Shown: positions 48,099 through 59,600, counted from the first letter of the stretch. The stretch: 64,000 bases of DNA from Nitrosopumilaceae archaeon (GCA_965207375.1 OZ242274.1:32001-96000), one strand, 5' to 3'. Numbers and translations: made by a program. Notes: generated by a model not told the origin, from the letters alone.

Positions 48099-48796
48099 CC
48101 AAAAGACATGCTGCTAAAATTTTTGCGCATCGTACCGTTTGATTTCATGGTATAGTCATAAATTATACTACAATATTGTTCAAACTCATCGCGCATTGGA
48201 TCTAGCGAATCTGCAAGATAGAATCCCGGACAGTCGCCGGTAAACTGATAGGTTGCATGTACACGGGCAAGTCCCTTTTCATTTTCAAGCCAAGAGGAAA
48301 ACGGATACAGATAGCATACGCCGGGGCGGTCCGGATGCATGCTACAGCCACCCTTTTCATCCAAAAACCTGCACGAAATGTGGGTGCCGTCTTCGGACTC
48401 TGTTTCACCTTTTTTGCGTTTCAGATTTATTGTAGTCATAGTCATTTGGCTTGAGGGGCCAGGTTGTCGGTACGTTACAATATTGGTCTCATTTTTTATA
48501 AAATCAGACGTCCTTTGATACTTTAATCCCTTGCCTATTGTTATCAGATCATCAGAGGTCAAAGGCAGTCTGCCCTGTCTGTCACAGCAATTATGGCAGT
48601 CAGGCCAAAAGCACTTCCACAAGACGTACTTTTGTTGCACAACAAGATACGGAATATGAAAAATCATGCCCTTGATTTTGAGTGTATGGTCTCGGACATT
48701 GCCGATTTTGCCAAGCATAAAATCATAAATTATCGGATCAACATCCCAGTCTTTTTGCAAAAGGTTCAAGGATTCCTGAATTTCTTTTTGGGACAA
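48095..48796 (-). CDS. YkgJ-family cysteine-cluster (Zn/Fe-chelating) protein
   Basis: C-x4-C-x2-CC and CRFL-x5-C-x5-RP-x2-CYLYPF. Confidence 0.85.
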   Translation of the reverse strand: MSQKEIQESLNLLQKDWDVDPIIYDFMLGKIGNVRDHTLKIKGMIFHIPYLVVQQKYVLWKCFWPDCHNCCDRQGRLPLTSDDLITIGKGLKYQRTSDFIKNETNIVTYRQPGPSSQMTMTTINLKRKKGETESEDGTHISCRFLDEKGGCSMHPDRPGVCYLYPFSSWLENEKGLARVHATYQFTGDCPGFYLADSLDPMRDEFEQYCSIIYDYTMKSNGTMRKNFSSMSFG

Positions 48797-48822
48797 CTAT
48801 TCAGTTATAACTAAATGTACAG

Positions 48823-49152
48823 ATGTTATTAATGTTGAGTGAAAAGGGAAAATATGCAACTGCCACAGAGAACAGAAGGTTTGTGTGGAGTTATATCATC
48901 TGGCCCCTGATTTTAGAGATAAATGACGTCATGTTTACATTAAAACAATATCAAAAAAAGCGAGACCAGATATGTATGGAAAAAAACATCAGCATTACTG
49001 TCACATCACGCGGACTTGCATCATTGTTACAAAAGGAAATGATACGAAAGGAGGGCGAGGTATATTCCATTCATTACAGGTTGATTCCATACATGAGGTT
49101 AAAGGCAGACTGCGATTATGCAACTGCAATCCATGAGACCAAAATCAAATAG
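48823..49152 (+). CDS. Hypothetical protein (possible winged helix)
   Basis: 109-aa ORF; SRGLASLLQKEMIRKEGEVYSI resembles a wHTH wing. Confidence 0.7.
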   Translation: MLLMLSEKGKYATATENRRFVWSYIIWPLILEINDVMFTLKQYQKKRDQICMEKNISITVTSRGLASLLQKEMIRKEGEVYSIHYRLIPYMRLKADCDYATAIHETKIK

Positions 49153-49235
49153 TTTCATTTACGTATCTTACGAATTAAACCTAGGTAAATCTCTGGTCAT
49201 AACCCTAACTCAATTTCAACATGCAGATTTTTGCA

Positions 49236-49312
49236 AAGTTGCGTACGTAAAAACCCAAATGTGTGGTTTTTGCATGATTCAGGCATGACATCTCATAAAT
49301 TTGATCTATTAC
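49236..49312. repeat. Dispersed repeat, copy 2 (homologous to 12316-12396)
   Basis: Colinear shared blocks aagtt, cgtaaaaa, ccaaa, tgattcaggcat, tcataaa, gatct.ttac. Confidence 0.6.
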
Positions 49313-49429
49313 AACCAATTACCTATACTTTTGGCATGCAAAATACCAATGAAAAAAAAAATAAACTTTAGCACGCCATACAAAACATCTGCAAATAATT
49401 ATATGCCAATCAAATAAACTCTATCTAGT

Positions 49430-49534
49430 AGCCCGATAGTCTAGCGGTCAAATAACATTTTAGATCAAGGATTCTGCCCTCTGGATCTCAGGAGAGGATA
49501 GGCAGAGACGGCAGTTCGAATCTGCCTCGGGCTA
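49430..49534 (+). tRNA. tRNA-Gln(CTG) with two introns (17 nt at 21/22, 49452-49468; 15 nt at 37/38, 49485-49499)
   Basis: Acceptor AGCCCGA/TCGGGCT, anticodon stem CTGCC/GGCAG, T-arm GGCAG-TTCGAAT-CTGCC. Removing both inserts gives a canonical cloverleaf. Confidence 0.92.
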
Positions 49535-49543
49535 CTTGTAAAT

Positions 49544-50143
49544 TTAACGTGATGCTTGTGCGATTCTTTCTAATTCGTTCTTTTTCTTTACAGAAGGAGA
49601 TGAAGGATCATTTGATGCTGCCACAATGAGTTGTTCTGCTAGATGCTCTTCAATTGCCTTTGGGTTTGAAAAGGTTGCCTCCTTTACGCCGTCGGCAATG
49701 AATCTTAATGCCAAATCGACACGCCTGATTGGTGCAACATCTACAGATACGTGATAAACGGTTCCACCATAAACAATTCTTGTAGTATCCTCGTTTGGTG
49801 CAGAGTTTTCAATTGCCCTGACTAGAACCTCTACTGGGTTTTTACCAGTCTTCAAATGGATTATTTCAAATGCAGCCTTTACAGTATTGTAAATATTCAT
49901 CTTTTTGCCAGTCATTCTTCCCGTGTTTTTGGCATATCGTTTTCCAAAATGCATTAGCTTGTTTGCTAGTCTTTCAACAATGTTTACATCTGCCTTGTTG
50001 AATCGTTTTAATGCAGAACGGCCAAAGGTCAAAGGTACAATCATTTTTCGCAGAGAAATTGCAGTCTTTAATCCAGGATCATTTATTTCAATGTCAGACA
50101 AATCCCATTTTCTAAACAATAACAAGTTCTGCGTTTGTACCAT
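49544..50143 (-). CDS. rps7: 30S ribosomal protein S7
   Basis: LFRKWD, NIVERL, VDVAPIRRVD, KKNELERIAQASR; likely start 50143. Confidence 0.97.
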   Translation of the reverse strand: MVQTQNLLLFRKWDLSDIEINDPGLKTAISLRKMIVPLTFGRSALKRFNKADVNIVERLANKLMHFGKRYAKNTGRMTGKKMNIYNTVKAAFEIIHLKTGKNPVEVLVRAIENSAPNEDTTRIVYGGTVYHVSVDVAPIRRVDLALRFIADGVKEATFSNPKAIEEHLAEQLIVAASNDPSSPSVKKKNELERIAQASR

Positions 50144-50144
50144 T

Positions 50145-50582
50145 TTATCTCCTCGGCTTTTCCTTTTTTCCAATTACCAGCTCATGCAGAGAGGTACCGT
50201 TTACTTTGAACACCTTAAAGCGGACACCTGGAATATCACCCATTGCACCGCCCTGTGTTGCACCCATGCCTTCTACATGAACCTCATCATGCTCGTCAAT
50301 AAAGTTCATTGCACCGTCCCGTGGCAAAAATGCAGTCACTGCCTTGCCATTTTTAATCAGTTGTACTCTGACACATTTTCTAACAGCAGAGTTTGGTTGT
50401 TTTGCAGCAATGCCTACCTTTTCTAAGACGATTCCCCGTCCCTGAGGGGCACCTCCCAAAGGATCTGCCTTTTTGTCAATTCCAAGTTCCCGTCGTTTAT
50501 AGGTGGAAATTGCCCAGCGTTGCTCTTTGCGTTTTGACTTTAAAACTCTGCCTGCAAATAATCCCAAAGGTGACTTTGTCAT
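50145..50582 (-). CDS. rps12: 30S ribosomal protein S12
   Basis: [24 protein letters not shown]. Confidence 0.98.
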   Translation of the reverse strand: MTKSPLGLFAGRVLKSKRKEQRWAISTYKRRELGIDKKADPLGGAPQGRGIVLEKVGIAAKQPNSAVRKCVRVQLIKNGKAVTAFLPRDGAMNFIDEHDEVHVEGMGATQGGAMGDIPGVRFKVFKVNGTSLHELVIGKKEKPRR

Positions 50583-50584
50583 AG

Positions 50585-51049
50585 TTACAGCTCCAGTGTG
50601 GCCCGCTCTGGGCTGTTAATCAAAACGCTAGTAATATCAAAATATCGTTTGGCCAAAAGGCGCGCCTTTTCTGCATTTCTTCCCTCACGGCCCACTACAA
50701 TTCCCTTTTTTCTTGCATCTACCATTACTATTGCCTGCTGTGTTCCATCTGCTCGTGTATTTAATTTTACTTCAGAAATCAGTTTTCCATTAAGCATATT
50801 TTTTAAAAATTTGGCAGGATCCTCATTATACTCTACTAGTTCTACATTTCTCTTGACGATATTTTGCAATGATTTTATGTGGGCTCCTCCCTTGCCAATA
50901 GCCAAGCCCATCTTTCCTGTATTGACAACAAAAATTACACGATTTTGTTTTTCATCTTCTACACAATCACGTGCAGTAGCACCGGTTACGTTTTGAAACA
51001 GCGACATGAGTCGCATTTGATCAGTTGTAAGTTTTATTGCCTGTGTCAT
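50585..51049 (-). CDS. nusA: Archaeal NusA (two KH domains)
   Basis: MGLAIGKGG and [10 protein letters not shown] motifs; likely start 51049. Confidence 0.95.
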   Translation of the reverse strand: MTQAIKLTTDQMRLMSLFQNVTGATARDCVEDEKQNRVIFVVNTGKMGLAIGKGGAHIKSLQNIVKRNVELVEYNEDPAKFLKNMLNGKLISEVKLNTRADGTQQAIVMVDARKKGIVVGREGRNAEKARLLAKRYFDITSVLINSPERATLEL

Positions 51050-51123
51050 AACCATTCCTTTTTTACTTCGGCAATTTCTGTCTCATTTAAACCTTGATTA
51101 AAAAAGTCTGGAATTGATTTCAT
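51046..51123 (-). CDS. Putative 25-aa small ORF coupled to rpl30e and nusA
   Basis: [25 protein letters not shown], with ATGA overlaps at both ends. Confidence 0.55.
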   Translation of the reverse strand: MKSIPDFFNQGLNETEIAEVKKEWL

Positions 51124-51431
51124 TGTACAGATTCAGACTCTTTGATGATTGATGTGATTGTAGCCTCTGTCATTGAGTTAAAGGCAATAGTTGAAATTCT
51201 AAATTGTAAACCGCACAGTTTTCCTAATGCGATAGATGTTCCCTCGAATTTTACGGTAGGTACTTTGTTTTTTTGTGCAGTTTCGGTGATTTTTTTCGAG
51301 GCTTCGTTGGTTAGTGATTGAGATACAACGATTAACTTTGAATTATTTGAGTTAATCACTTCCTTTGTTCCAAAGGTGCACTTGTTTTCCTTAATGCTAT
51401 CCTTTAGTGCCTTTTCTAATATCTTACTCAT
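51120..51431 (-). CDS. rpl30e: 50S ribosomal protein L30e (L7Ae/L30e family)
   Basis: GTKEV, FEGTSIALGKLCG; canonical position upstream of nusA. Confidence 0.9.
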   Translation of the reverse strand: MSKILEKALKDSIKENKCTFGTKEVINSNNSKLIVVSQSLTNEASKKITETAQKNKVPTVKFEGTSIALGKLCGLQFRISTIAFNSMTEATITSIIKESESVQ

Positions 51432-51640
51432 TGTATTCTCGTAATGTCGATCCTTTATTAGACCTTTATAGGTTTATTGACCAAAAAATGTAGTTTATTT
51501 CTGTAGTTAAAATGCAGATGTACAGTTTGTGCACACTAGATCCATAATACAACAGGTCCAAGCTCCAATTATACGTCATAAAAAAATCAAAATTCACACC
51601 TTTGAAATGGCACGTGTCAAAAAAAATCAAAATTTCCTTT

Positions 51641-52810
51641 TCATTTTACCGTTACTTTAATACTAGATGAATTCGACAAGGGACTCATAGAAGATATAGA
51701 ATCCCAAACAAATGATTCAATGATATAGGTTCCGCGCTCTTTGGGCAGCCAAGATTGTGATACATCTAAACGTCCATCAGGTTGCAAGGAACCTGAAAGC
51801 CAAGCAAGTTTTACCAATGTATCATTGTCATTTTTAATTTGTATAAGATATACAAAGGATTGTGCAAAGTTTTGATTGTTTTGTATGCTTCCCACAATCT
51901 GAATTTGTTGGTTGGATACTATATTAGAAATATTATTTCCAAAACCATCAGAAAGTCGTATAGGATTAATTGTGGCCCTAGCAGTAGGCGATACATCTGA
52001 AACAAAATCTGTTTGTGCAACAATATCTAATTGATCAAATGTTCCATATGGCGATGGCAGTGTCCTGTCCTCGTATTTGGCAATTATTTGATCCCCTGGT
52101 TTTAAAAATAATCTATTCCCGCTAGAACCATCATGACTAAACAGTACATCTGTTTCAAAGATGCCAGAATCCTTGCGTGTTTCAATGACATCAACTTTCA
52201 AGCCCACAATATCAGTATCTGAAAAGACATCAACTGTAACTGTATCAATACCTTCAGGGTTAAGATTCATGTCTGCATCTACAAGACGGATTGTAACTGT
52301 GTCATTTATGGTACGATTATTTTCAAAAAATTGCAGTGTTGCAACATTCCAAGATATTGGAACAGACTCTGTAACTATGACGCCGTCTGCAAACTCAAAT
52401 GAGATTGTAATGGCCGAATCATGTTTGGTTTCTAAAAACCCGTTTGTAGGTCCGCTGCCAGATGTTTTTGGAACAGTATCAAAATCGCCGTCGCCGTCTG
52501 CATCATGTAAAAATCCAGTCAAGATTACCTCTCCGGTAAAAATTCCATTATTGACATCAGTTTCAGTTAGCCTGTAGGGCTCTAGTGAGAAATCACGAGT
52601 AGAGATTTTGATATGATGACCAGAATCTGCACCTATATCATCAATCAAGTATCTGTCTGCATTCCAGCTAGGAGCCAAAACGGTAATTTTGACCTTGTCA
52701 GTCCAGCTGTAAATTGACTTGTCTGTAATAATTGGAGAATATGGATTATAGTAATCTGGGATCGGTTCAGCATATACAAAAGGTATTAGAAAAAGCAACA
52801 GCCAAAACAA
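51641..52810 (-). CDS. Secreted/surface protein with S-layer-like Ig domains
   Basis: Signal peptide; LTETDVNNGIFTG, DADMNLNP and C-terminal SQSWLP...FVWDSI, typical of Nitrosopumilaceae surface proteins. Confidence 0.75.
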   Translation of the reverse strand: MFWLLLFLIPFVYAEPIPDYYNPYSPIITDKSIYSWTDKVKITVLAPSWNADRYLIDDIGADSGHHIKISTRDFSLEPYRLTETDVNNGIFTGEVILTGFLHDADGDGDFDTVPKTSGSGPTNGFLETKHDSAITISFEFADGVIVTESVPISWNVATLQFFENNRTINDTVTIRLVDADMNLNPEGIDTVTVDVFSDTDIVGLKVDVIETRKDSGIFETDVLFSHDGSSGNRLFLKPGDQIIAKYEDRTLPSPYGTFDQLDIVAQTDFVSDVSPTARATINPIRLSDGFGNNISNIVSNQQIQIVGSIQNNQNFAQSFVYLIQIKNDNDTLVKLAWLSGSLQPDGRLDVSQSWLPKERGTYIIESFVWDSISSMSPLSNSSSIKVTVK

Positions 52811-52853
52811 TTCTACATACTGTATGGCATCATCATTAATCTAGTTTGTCAGA

Positions 52854-55800
52854 TTATTGTTTCTTTTTAGATACCTGCATGTACAGGTCTACTGTTCCGC
52901 TTCCGATTGGAATATTGCTGCCGACAATGACGTTTTCGGTAATGCCTTTGAGCTGTTCAATTTCGCCGCCTAGTGCCGCATGCGCTATTGTTGGAACCGT
53001 GATTTCAAAGGCGGCCCTTGCAAGAACGCTGTCCTTGGTACCTGCAATGCCGTGTCTGCCTATTTGCTGCATGTATCCACGGGAGCACATCAAATCCGAT
53101 ACTAGCATAATATACCTCAAATCGACCTCAAGACCCTGATCCTCTAGCGTATTGCTTAACTCGTTGATCAATGCATTGCGTGCTGCCTCTATTCCAAGGG
53201 TGCCTGCAATTTCAAACACATTGTTTGTTCTAACCTGTGTCCTGTCAATTCCCTGTACCTCCAAGACCTTTGGAAGGTTCGAACCCGTTGTCTGAATCAC
53301 CCACTGTTCATCCTTTTGAACAAGGGTTACACGTTCAACGTCAGGTACGCCCTTTACAGTTGTGTTTAGAACCTTGTTTCTAATTGTAATTACTGTAGGA
53401 GCATCAGATTCCTCAACGAGTTTTAGTACTATGACGTTTCTCAATGTTTCTGCCTTGAATTTCTTGTTTGAGAGCAATGCTGCCTCTACATCCTCAACTG
53501 TGCAGCCCCTCTCGCCAAGTCTTTTCTCACTCAGATTAAGTTTGATTTCTGTTGCATAATCTGTGTCGGTGCCTGTAACTAACGCACTTACCTTGGTCTG
53601 TAGCACATTTCGTGCAATCTCGATTGCCTTTTCGCGCGAGGTTTTGGATTCGGCATCAAGATAAATGTCCATGGTTGGAGTTACCGGTTTCTTTCTTGCA
53701 TCTACTAGTTCAATCAATCTTGGCAGGCCAAGTGTCACGTTTCGCTCCCTAATACCTGCAAAGTGAAATGTTCTCAAAGTCATCTGTGTACCTGGTTCGC
53801 CAATTGATTGTGCGGTAATGATTCCCACTGCCTGACCTGGTTCTACCTTGGCCTTGTCGTACAGTGCAAGACCCTTTTTCCCAACCTTTTCAACTCCTGC
53901 CTTGCTTAGCTGTGAGTTGGTCAGGGCATCAGTTACGATCTGCTGTAGTCGAGGATTAAACGTTTTTGTGTATTTTTTGGCAATGGTTGTAATCTCACCC
54001 TTGGATGCCTTGGCACCAGAATCAATAATTTTCTCAGATTCAATCAATCTTTCTGCATTAAAGGCCTCACCATGGTCGCTTTTTGCAACATCAATGCCGT
54101 CCTCTCCGTACAAGAACTGGACGATATGTCCGTGAGGATCCCTTACTGTTCCGTCATACTCTAGTCTGATGTGTTCAAGTGCATTAATCAGTCTGCGCTG
54201 CATGTAACCGCTTTGTTGCGTCCTGACTGCAGTATCTACTAGTCCTTCCCTACCACCCATTGCATGAAAGAAAAATTCCAAGGCGGTAAGTCCCTCCCTG
54301 TAATTTGTCTTGACAAAGCCGTGCGCATCAGGGTCATCGTCATGTTCCTTGTAATGTGGCAATGCCCTATTGTTATAACCGGTAAGAAGTCGCTGTCCAC
54401 GTCTTGACTGCTGGCCCAAGGCGCCTGCCATCTGGCCAATGTTTAGTGCAGAGCCCCTTGCCCCCGTGGTGGCCATGATTCTTGCAGAGTTTGTCTCATC
54501 TAGGGCCTGATCTGCTGCATTTCCTGCCTTGTCTCTTGCCTTGGAGAGCTCATTTACAATATAGGCCTCTAGTGCCTCCTCAGATGAAAGACCTCGGGTC
54601 AGCTTTAGTGTACCTTTTTTTGCCTGTGAAACCAGATCATCTACTGTATCATAACTTTTCTGAATGTCACTTAGGATTCCCTGTTTAGTTTTATCGCTTA
54701 GTTCTAGATCACCATATCCGTAACTGAATCCATAATGAGTTATGAACTGTTTTGCCACAATCAGGACAGAATTTAGAAACGTCTTTGCCTTTGCATTGCC
54801 GTAATCCTTGGCAATTCTGTGAAGTACGCTTTCTGGTTCTTCGGCACCTATTGAAGATTTGTCAATTACGCCGCTCATTAGCTGTCCGTTTTTAATTACG
54901 ACATCCTTTGGTTTTCCGGAGGTGCCCTTGGACCACTTTGAGGTGATTATATAATTGAAATCCTCTGGCAAAAATATCGAGAACAGTTGTTTGCCTGTGT
55001 ACATTGAGCCCTTTGCATCAGGTTCTGGCAATTTGCCTGTATAGCCCCCAAGCATTGCCAGATTGGAAAACTCTTGAACGGTCAGCCGTGTATCATCTTT
55101 GGTTAGCAAATAAGAGCCGGTAATAAAGTCACGAAGGCCGCCTATGATTGGTCCTCCGTATCTTGGAGAGATCAGCTGATCCTGAACTCTCATCAGCAAA
55201 ATTGCCTCTGCACGTGCCTCCTCGCTTTGAGGAACGTGTAGATTCATCTCGTCACCATCAAAGTCTGCATTGTACGGTGGACAGACTGATGGATGTAGTC
55301 TGAATGTCTTGCCTGGCAATACCCTGACATAATGTGCCATAATGGACATTTGATGTAGTGATGGCTGTCTGTTAAACATTACAATATCGCCGTTTGCAAG
55401 ATGGCGTTCAATAAGATATCCTATTTCCAAGGTTTCTGCAATAGTTGATCTGTCCTCTACAAAGTCTAGCCTAATTTTGACACCATCGGGTCTCATGATA
55501 TAATTGACTCCAGGAAACTGGCTCGGCCCGTTAATTACAAGTTTTTTCATTCTTTCAATGTTCCATTCTGTAACAATTTCTGGAATTGTAAGCTTCATTG
55601 CAACAGTTTCAGGAACACCTACCTCTGACAGATCCAAGTTTGGATCAGGTGAAATTACTGTCCTGCTAGAAAAGTCAACTCTTTTGCCCGAAAGCGAGCC
55701 TCGGAATCTTCCCTCCTTTCCCTTCAGTCTCTGTGTCAGGGTTTTAAGCGGTCTTCCGGATCTGTGGTGTGCCTGTGGAATCCCTGACACCTCGTTGTCA

Positions 55801-56639
55801 AAGTAGGTGGTAGTATGATACTGTAATAGATCAACTAGATCTTGGACAATAAGCGGCGGGGTGCCTGCCTCCTTGCTTTCCTTGAGTCTCTGATTTACAC
55901 GAATTATATCCACCATCTTGTGGGTCAGATCGTCCTCTGAACGAATACCGGTTTCCAAAATTATGGATGGTCTTACAGTTACAGGTGGAACAGGAAGTGC
56001 CTGAAGTATAAACCATTCAGGTCTTGCCGTGTTAAAGTCATATGAAAGCAAAACTAGGTCTTCGTCAAGAATCTGTGAAAAGCGCTCCCTGATTGTAATT
56101 GGCAACAGGCGGTGTTCACCTATTTCGGTCTTTTCTACAAAGATGGTAGGCTTTGTAAAGATTAGCTCGTATTGTGTCTTTCCACAGTGTGGACATTCCT
56201 TTGCCTTTTTTGCCTTTTCAAGAATCTGTTCTGGAATCCGCTTTTGTGAAATTATAGTATATGCTGCCTCGCGTTTTTTGATTTTTGCAAACTCGCTTAA
56301 ATCCTCCTGTGGAACCTTTAATCTAGAGCAGGATCTGCATGTTGCCAAAAGCAGTTTGTAGATGTTGTCAATAAATGCAATGTGCAGTACAGGTTCTGCC
56401 AGCTCAATGTGTCCAAAGTGGCCAGGACATCTTGCCGCAGTGTTTCCACACGTAAGACATTTTTGTCCAGGTTCTAGTGTTCCAAGACGTCCGTCCATCA
56501 AGCCTCCCTGTACGGACATTCCATCCTCATCATATGTTTCTGGGGCAGTTATTTCGGCAACAGAATACTTTCTGATTTCGCTTGGAGACCAGACAGAAAA
56601 CCGTATGCCGTCAATTGATTTTATTGCCTGAATTGACAT
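52854..56639 (-). CDS. rpoA: DNA-directed RNA polymerase largest subunit (A'/A'' unsplit)
   Basis: NADFDGDEMN, CPGHFGH, and in the same frame the A'' motifs SIGEPGTQMTLRTFH and TLGLPRL. Confidence 0.98.
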   Translation of the reverse strand: MSIQAIKSIDGIRFSVWSPSEIRKYSVAEITAPETYDEDGMSVQGGLMDGRLGTLEPGQKCLTCGNTAARCPGHFGHIELAEPVLHIAFIDNIYKLLLATCRSCSRLKVPQEDLSEFAKIKKREAAYTIISQKRIPEQILEKAKKAKECPHCGKTQYELIFTKPTIFVEKTEIGEHRLLPITIRERFSQILDEDLVLLSYDFNTARPEWFILQALPVPPVTVRPSIILETGIRSEDDLTHKMVDIIRVNQRLKESKEAGTPPLIVQDLVDLLQYHTTTYFDNEVSGIPQAHHRSGRPLKTLTQRLKGKEGRFRGSLSGKRVDFSSRTVISPDPNLDLSEVGVPETVAMKLTIPEIVTEWNIERMKKLVINGPSQFPGVNYIMRPDGVKIRLDFVEDRSTIAETLEIGYLIERHLANGDIVMFNRQPSLHQMSIMAHYVRVLPGKTFRLHPSVCPPYNADFDGDEMNLHVPQSEEARAEAILLMRVQDQLISPRYGGPIIGGLRDFITGSYLLTKDDTRLTVQEFSNLAMLGGYTGKLPEPDAKGSMYTGKQLFSIFLPEDFNYIITSKWSKGTSGKPKDVVIKNGQLMSGVIDKSSIGAEEPESVLHRIAKDYGNAKAKTFLNSVLIVAKQFITHYGFSYGYGDLELSDKTKQGILSDIQKSYDTVDDLVSQAKKGTLKLTRGLSSEEALEAYIVNELSKARDKAGNAADQALDETNSARIMATTGARGSALNIGQMAGALGQQSRRGQRLLTGYNNRALPHYKEHDDDPDAHGFVKTNYREGLTALEFFFHAMGGREGLVDTAVRTQQSGYMQRRLINALEHIRLEYDGTVRDPHGHIVQFLYGEDGIDVAKSDHGEAFNAERLIESEKIIDSGAKASKGEITTIAKKYTKTFNPRLQQIVTDALTNSQLSKAGVEKVGKKGLALYDKAKVEPGQAVGIITAQSIGEPGTQMTLRTFHFAGIRERNVTLGLPRLIELVDARKKPVTPTMDIYLDAESKTSREKAIEIARNVLQTKVSALVTGTDTDYATEIKLNLSEKRLGERGCTVEDVEAALLSNKKFKAETLRNVIVLKLVEESDAPTVITIRNKVLNTTVKGVPDVERVTLVQKDEQWVIQTTGSNLPKVLEVQGIDRTQVRTNNVFEIAGTLGIEAARNALINELSNTLEDQGLEVDLRYIMLVSDLMCSRGYMQQIGRHGIAGTKDSVLARAAFEITVPTIAHAALGGEIEQLKGITENVIVGSNIPIGSGTVDLYMQVSKKKQ

Positions 56640-56640
56640 T

Positions 56641-59600
56641 TCATATCTTCTCCTTTATCAGCAATCTGGGTGCAACATTGAGGCTTTGCATTTCCTGTAG
56701 TAACAGCTTGAATGCATATGCAACAGAAACAGATGAAACCTTGGCCTTGTCACCACATACCCGACAGACATATTTTCTTTGTTTAACATCATGATACGCC
56801 ACAAGTCCGCATCTTTCACAGACAAATACATCTGACTTGTCAGACTCGTCTAACAGTCTGTCTTTGAGAATCATTGATGCACCATATGCAATAAGGCAGT
56901 CCCGCTCCATTTCACCAAATCTTAATCCTCCACCGCGTGCCCTGCCCTCTGTGGGCTGTTTGGTCAGCATTTGTACCTGTCCGCGTGCCCTAGCATGGAT
57001 TTTATCGGCAACCATGTGATGTAATTTTTGATAGTATACAACACCGATAAAGACCTCAACTGGAAATGATTTTCCAGTTCGTCCGTCATACATTATTTCC
57101 TTGCCAGAATACTCAAAGCCGTGTGCGTTCATGACCTGCTTGACCTCGTCCATTTTTTCACCTACAAAGGCTGAGCCGTCAAATTTTTTGCCGCGCAGTG
57201 CAGCTGCCTTTCCACATACGGATTCCATAAACATTCCCACAGTCATTCGGGATGGAAACGCGTGTGGGTTAATCAAAACATCTGGAGAGATTCCATCTTC
57301 AGTATATGGAAGATCTTCGTTTTTTGCCAAGATACCCAAGACACCCTTTTGTCCGTGTCTTGATGCAAACTTGTCGCCAATTTCGGGAATTCTTACATCC
57401 CTGACTCTGATCTTGTACATTTTTCCACCCTCGTTGGACTGTGTCATGACTACTGTATCAACAACGCCCGTTTCTGAGGGTCTCACACCAATTGAGGTGT
57501 CGCGTCTGTACGGACCAGATGATTCAAACTCGCGATACTCTTCCATGAATCTTGGAGGACTAGTTTTTCCAATCAGAATGTCGCCGCCCAAAACCGAGGA
57601 TTCGGTTGCAATAACTCCATCCTCCTCTAGTAATCGGTATGCCTTTTCCCCCTTGTAACCACGAATATTATCATCGGCGTTGGGAATTTCGAAACTGTCT
57701 CGCATGCCACCGGGATACTGCTTTGCCTCTGCATCATATATCCTATAGAAAAATGTCCTGCCAAGTCCACGGTCTACTGATGCCTTGCTAAGTACGATTG
57801 CATCCTCAATGTTGTAACCATCAAACGGCAATACGGCAACTACACAGTTCTGACCTGCAGGCCTATCTTCTAGTCCAAGCAGATTCATTGCCTTTGTGTT
57901 GACAATCGGGGTTTGTGGATACAGCATGAAATGCTGTCGGACATATGTGCTGGTATTCATCATCGGAGTTGAAAATCCTAGACTTTGTTTTGCCATGGCA
58001 GACTCGTATGTATTTCTTGGAGACTGGTTGTGTTCAGGATACGGAATGATTGATGCACCTGCGCCAAGTATTGCAGGCGGAAAGATTTCTAGGTGTGTAT
58101 GTTTTTTGGTGTCTTTTTCATCAAGTGTGACATAACAGTTTTCCTCCTCATTTGCATCAATAAGCTCAATTACTCCCATTCTAAGCAGGTCATTCCAGGA
58201 AAGCAGTTTCTTGGAAATTTTTTCCAACAGTTCGGCTGTCAGTAGAGACTTGCCGTCTGTAATAATAATGAGTGGGCGTAAAACTCTACCGGCATTGCAG
58301 TTGATGTAAATTCGTTTTGTCGTACCCTCCTGTTCTGACTTGTGAAACGAGACACCCACATGTGGGTGAATTTTTGAGTTTCTTCGAAGCTCACGCAGTG
58401 AATCTGCAAGTTGTTCTCCAACCTTATAGTATCCGATAAACTTGCCGTCAACAAAAACTCGCGTACCATCACTTTTGATATCCTCCTTTGCCTCTGAGAA
58501 ATGAACTGCTCCCAAGTCATACAGTTTTTCAACGATTTCCTCAGACGGCACATTTACCGAAATAATTGCAGACAGAGCCAGATTTTTGACTAGACCACAG
58601 TTTGAGCCCTCCGGAGTCTCACTTGGACAAATTCTGCCAAAGTGAGTTGCATGTAAATCTCTTGCCTCAAAGTTTGGCTGTGTTCTGCTAAGCGGGGACT
58701 GGATTCTTCTCAAATGACTGATGGTTGACAGATAGTTGGTTCTATCCAACAGTTGGGTAACTCCTACCCTGCCTCTGCCCCAGTTTCCTGTAGCAATGGC
58801 ATTGTTTAGCTTGTCTGTAATAATGCCTGGCCTTATGGCTGCAGCTACTGCATTTATTCCACGTTTTTGACCTGAACGCTCCAGTTGGTACTTCATATCA
58901 CGTACAAGGTTTCTAAAGGCAGTTCTGAAAAGATCTGCCAACATCTGCCCTGCAAATTTAATGACCTTGTTGCCGTAATGATCCTTGTCATCAGGCGTAA
59001 TCCAGCCAAGTTTTAGTTCCAATAATTTGCATGCAGCTTCTCCTAGAAACTGTGCCTTTTCTTTTCTGTTTTCAGGATGTTTTCCAAGGTGTGGTAACAG
59101 ACCCCAATCCAAAAGCGTTTCTGCCCGTTTGATCTGAAATTCCTCCAACATTCCTGGTGCAATTCTCTTGCTGATGTACACTATGGCATCCTTTGAGGTT
59201 GGCACATCACCTGCCTTTTCAAAAGAGCCTTCCAATTCATCTTGGATTTGTTCCACAAGAGATACAGCAGCTGCTATTTCCCTGTCAGATTCTAGACCGA
59301 GTGCACGCATAAGTGTTACAACCGGAATATCCACAGGAGATCCAGGAATTCTTGCAACAATTAATCCGTCATTTTTCATAACAAGTTCTAGTTTTGCACG
59401 ATAGCCAACAATTGACGAGTACACCTTTGCTTTGAAAACAATGTTTCCGCCGACAGTCTCTCTGTCAACAATAATTTTGTTGTAGGAAAGATCCTCCAAC
59501 CCGACAACCACTCTTTCGGATCCATTGATGATAAAGTAACCGCCGGGATCATTTGGATCCTCTCCATGTTCAACCAGTTTTTGGTTGGTGAAATTATTCA

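Noticed and set aside
53362-59573. Many short ORFs overlapping rpoA/rpoB (and similar ones over other core genes)
   Set aside because: Antisense or off-frame shadows of strongly supported genes, with no motifs of their own.
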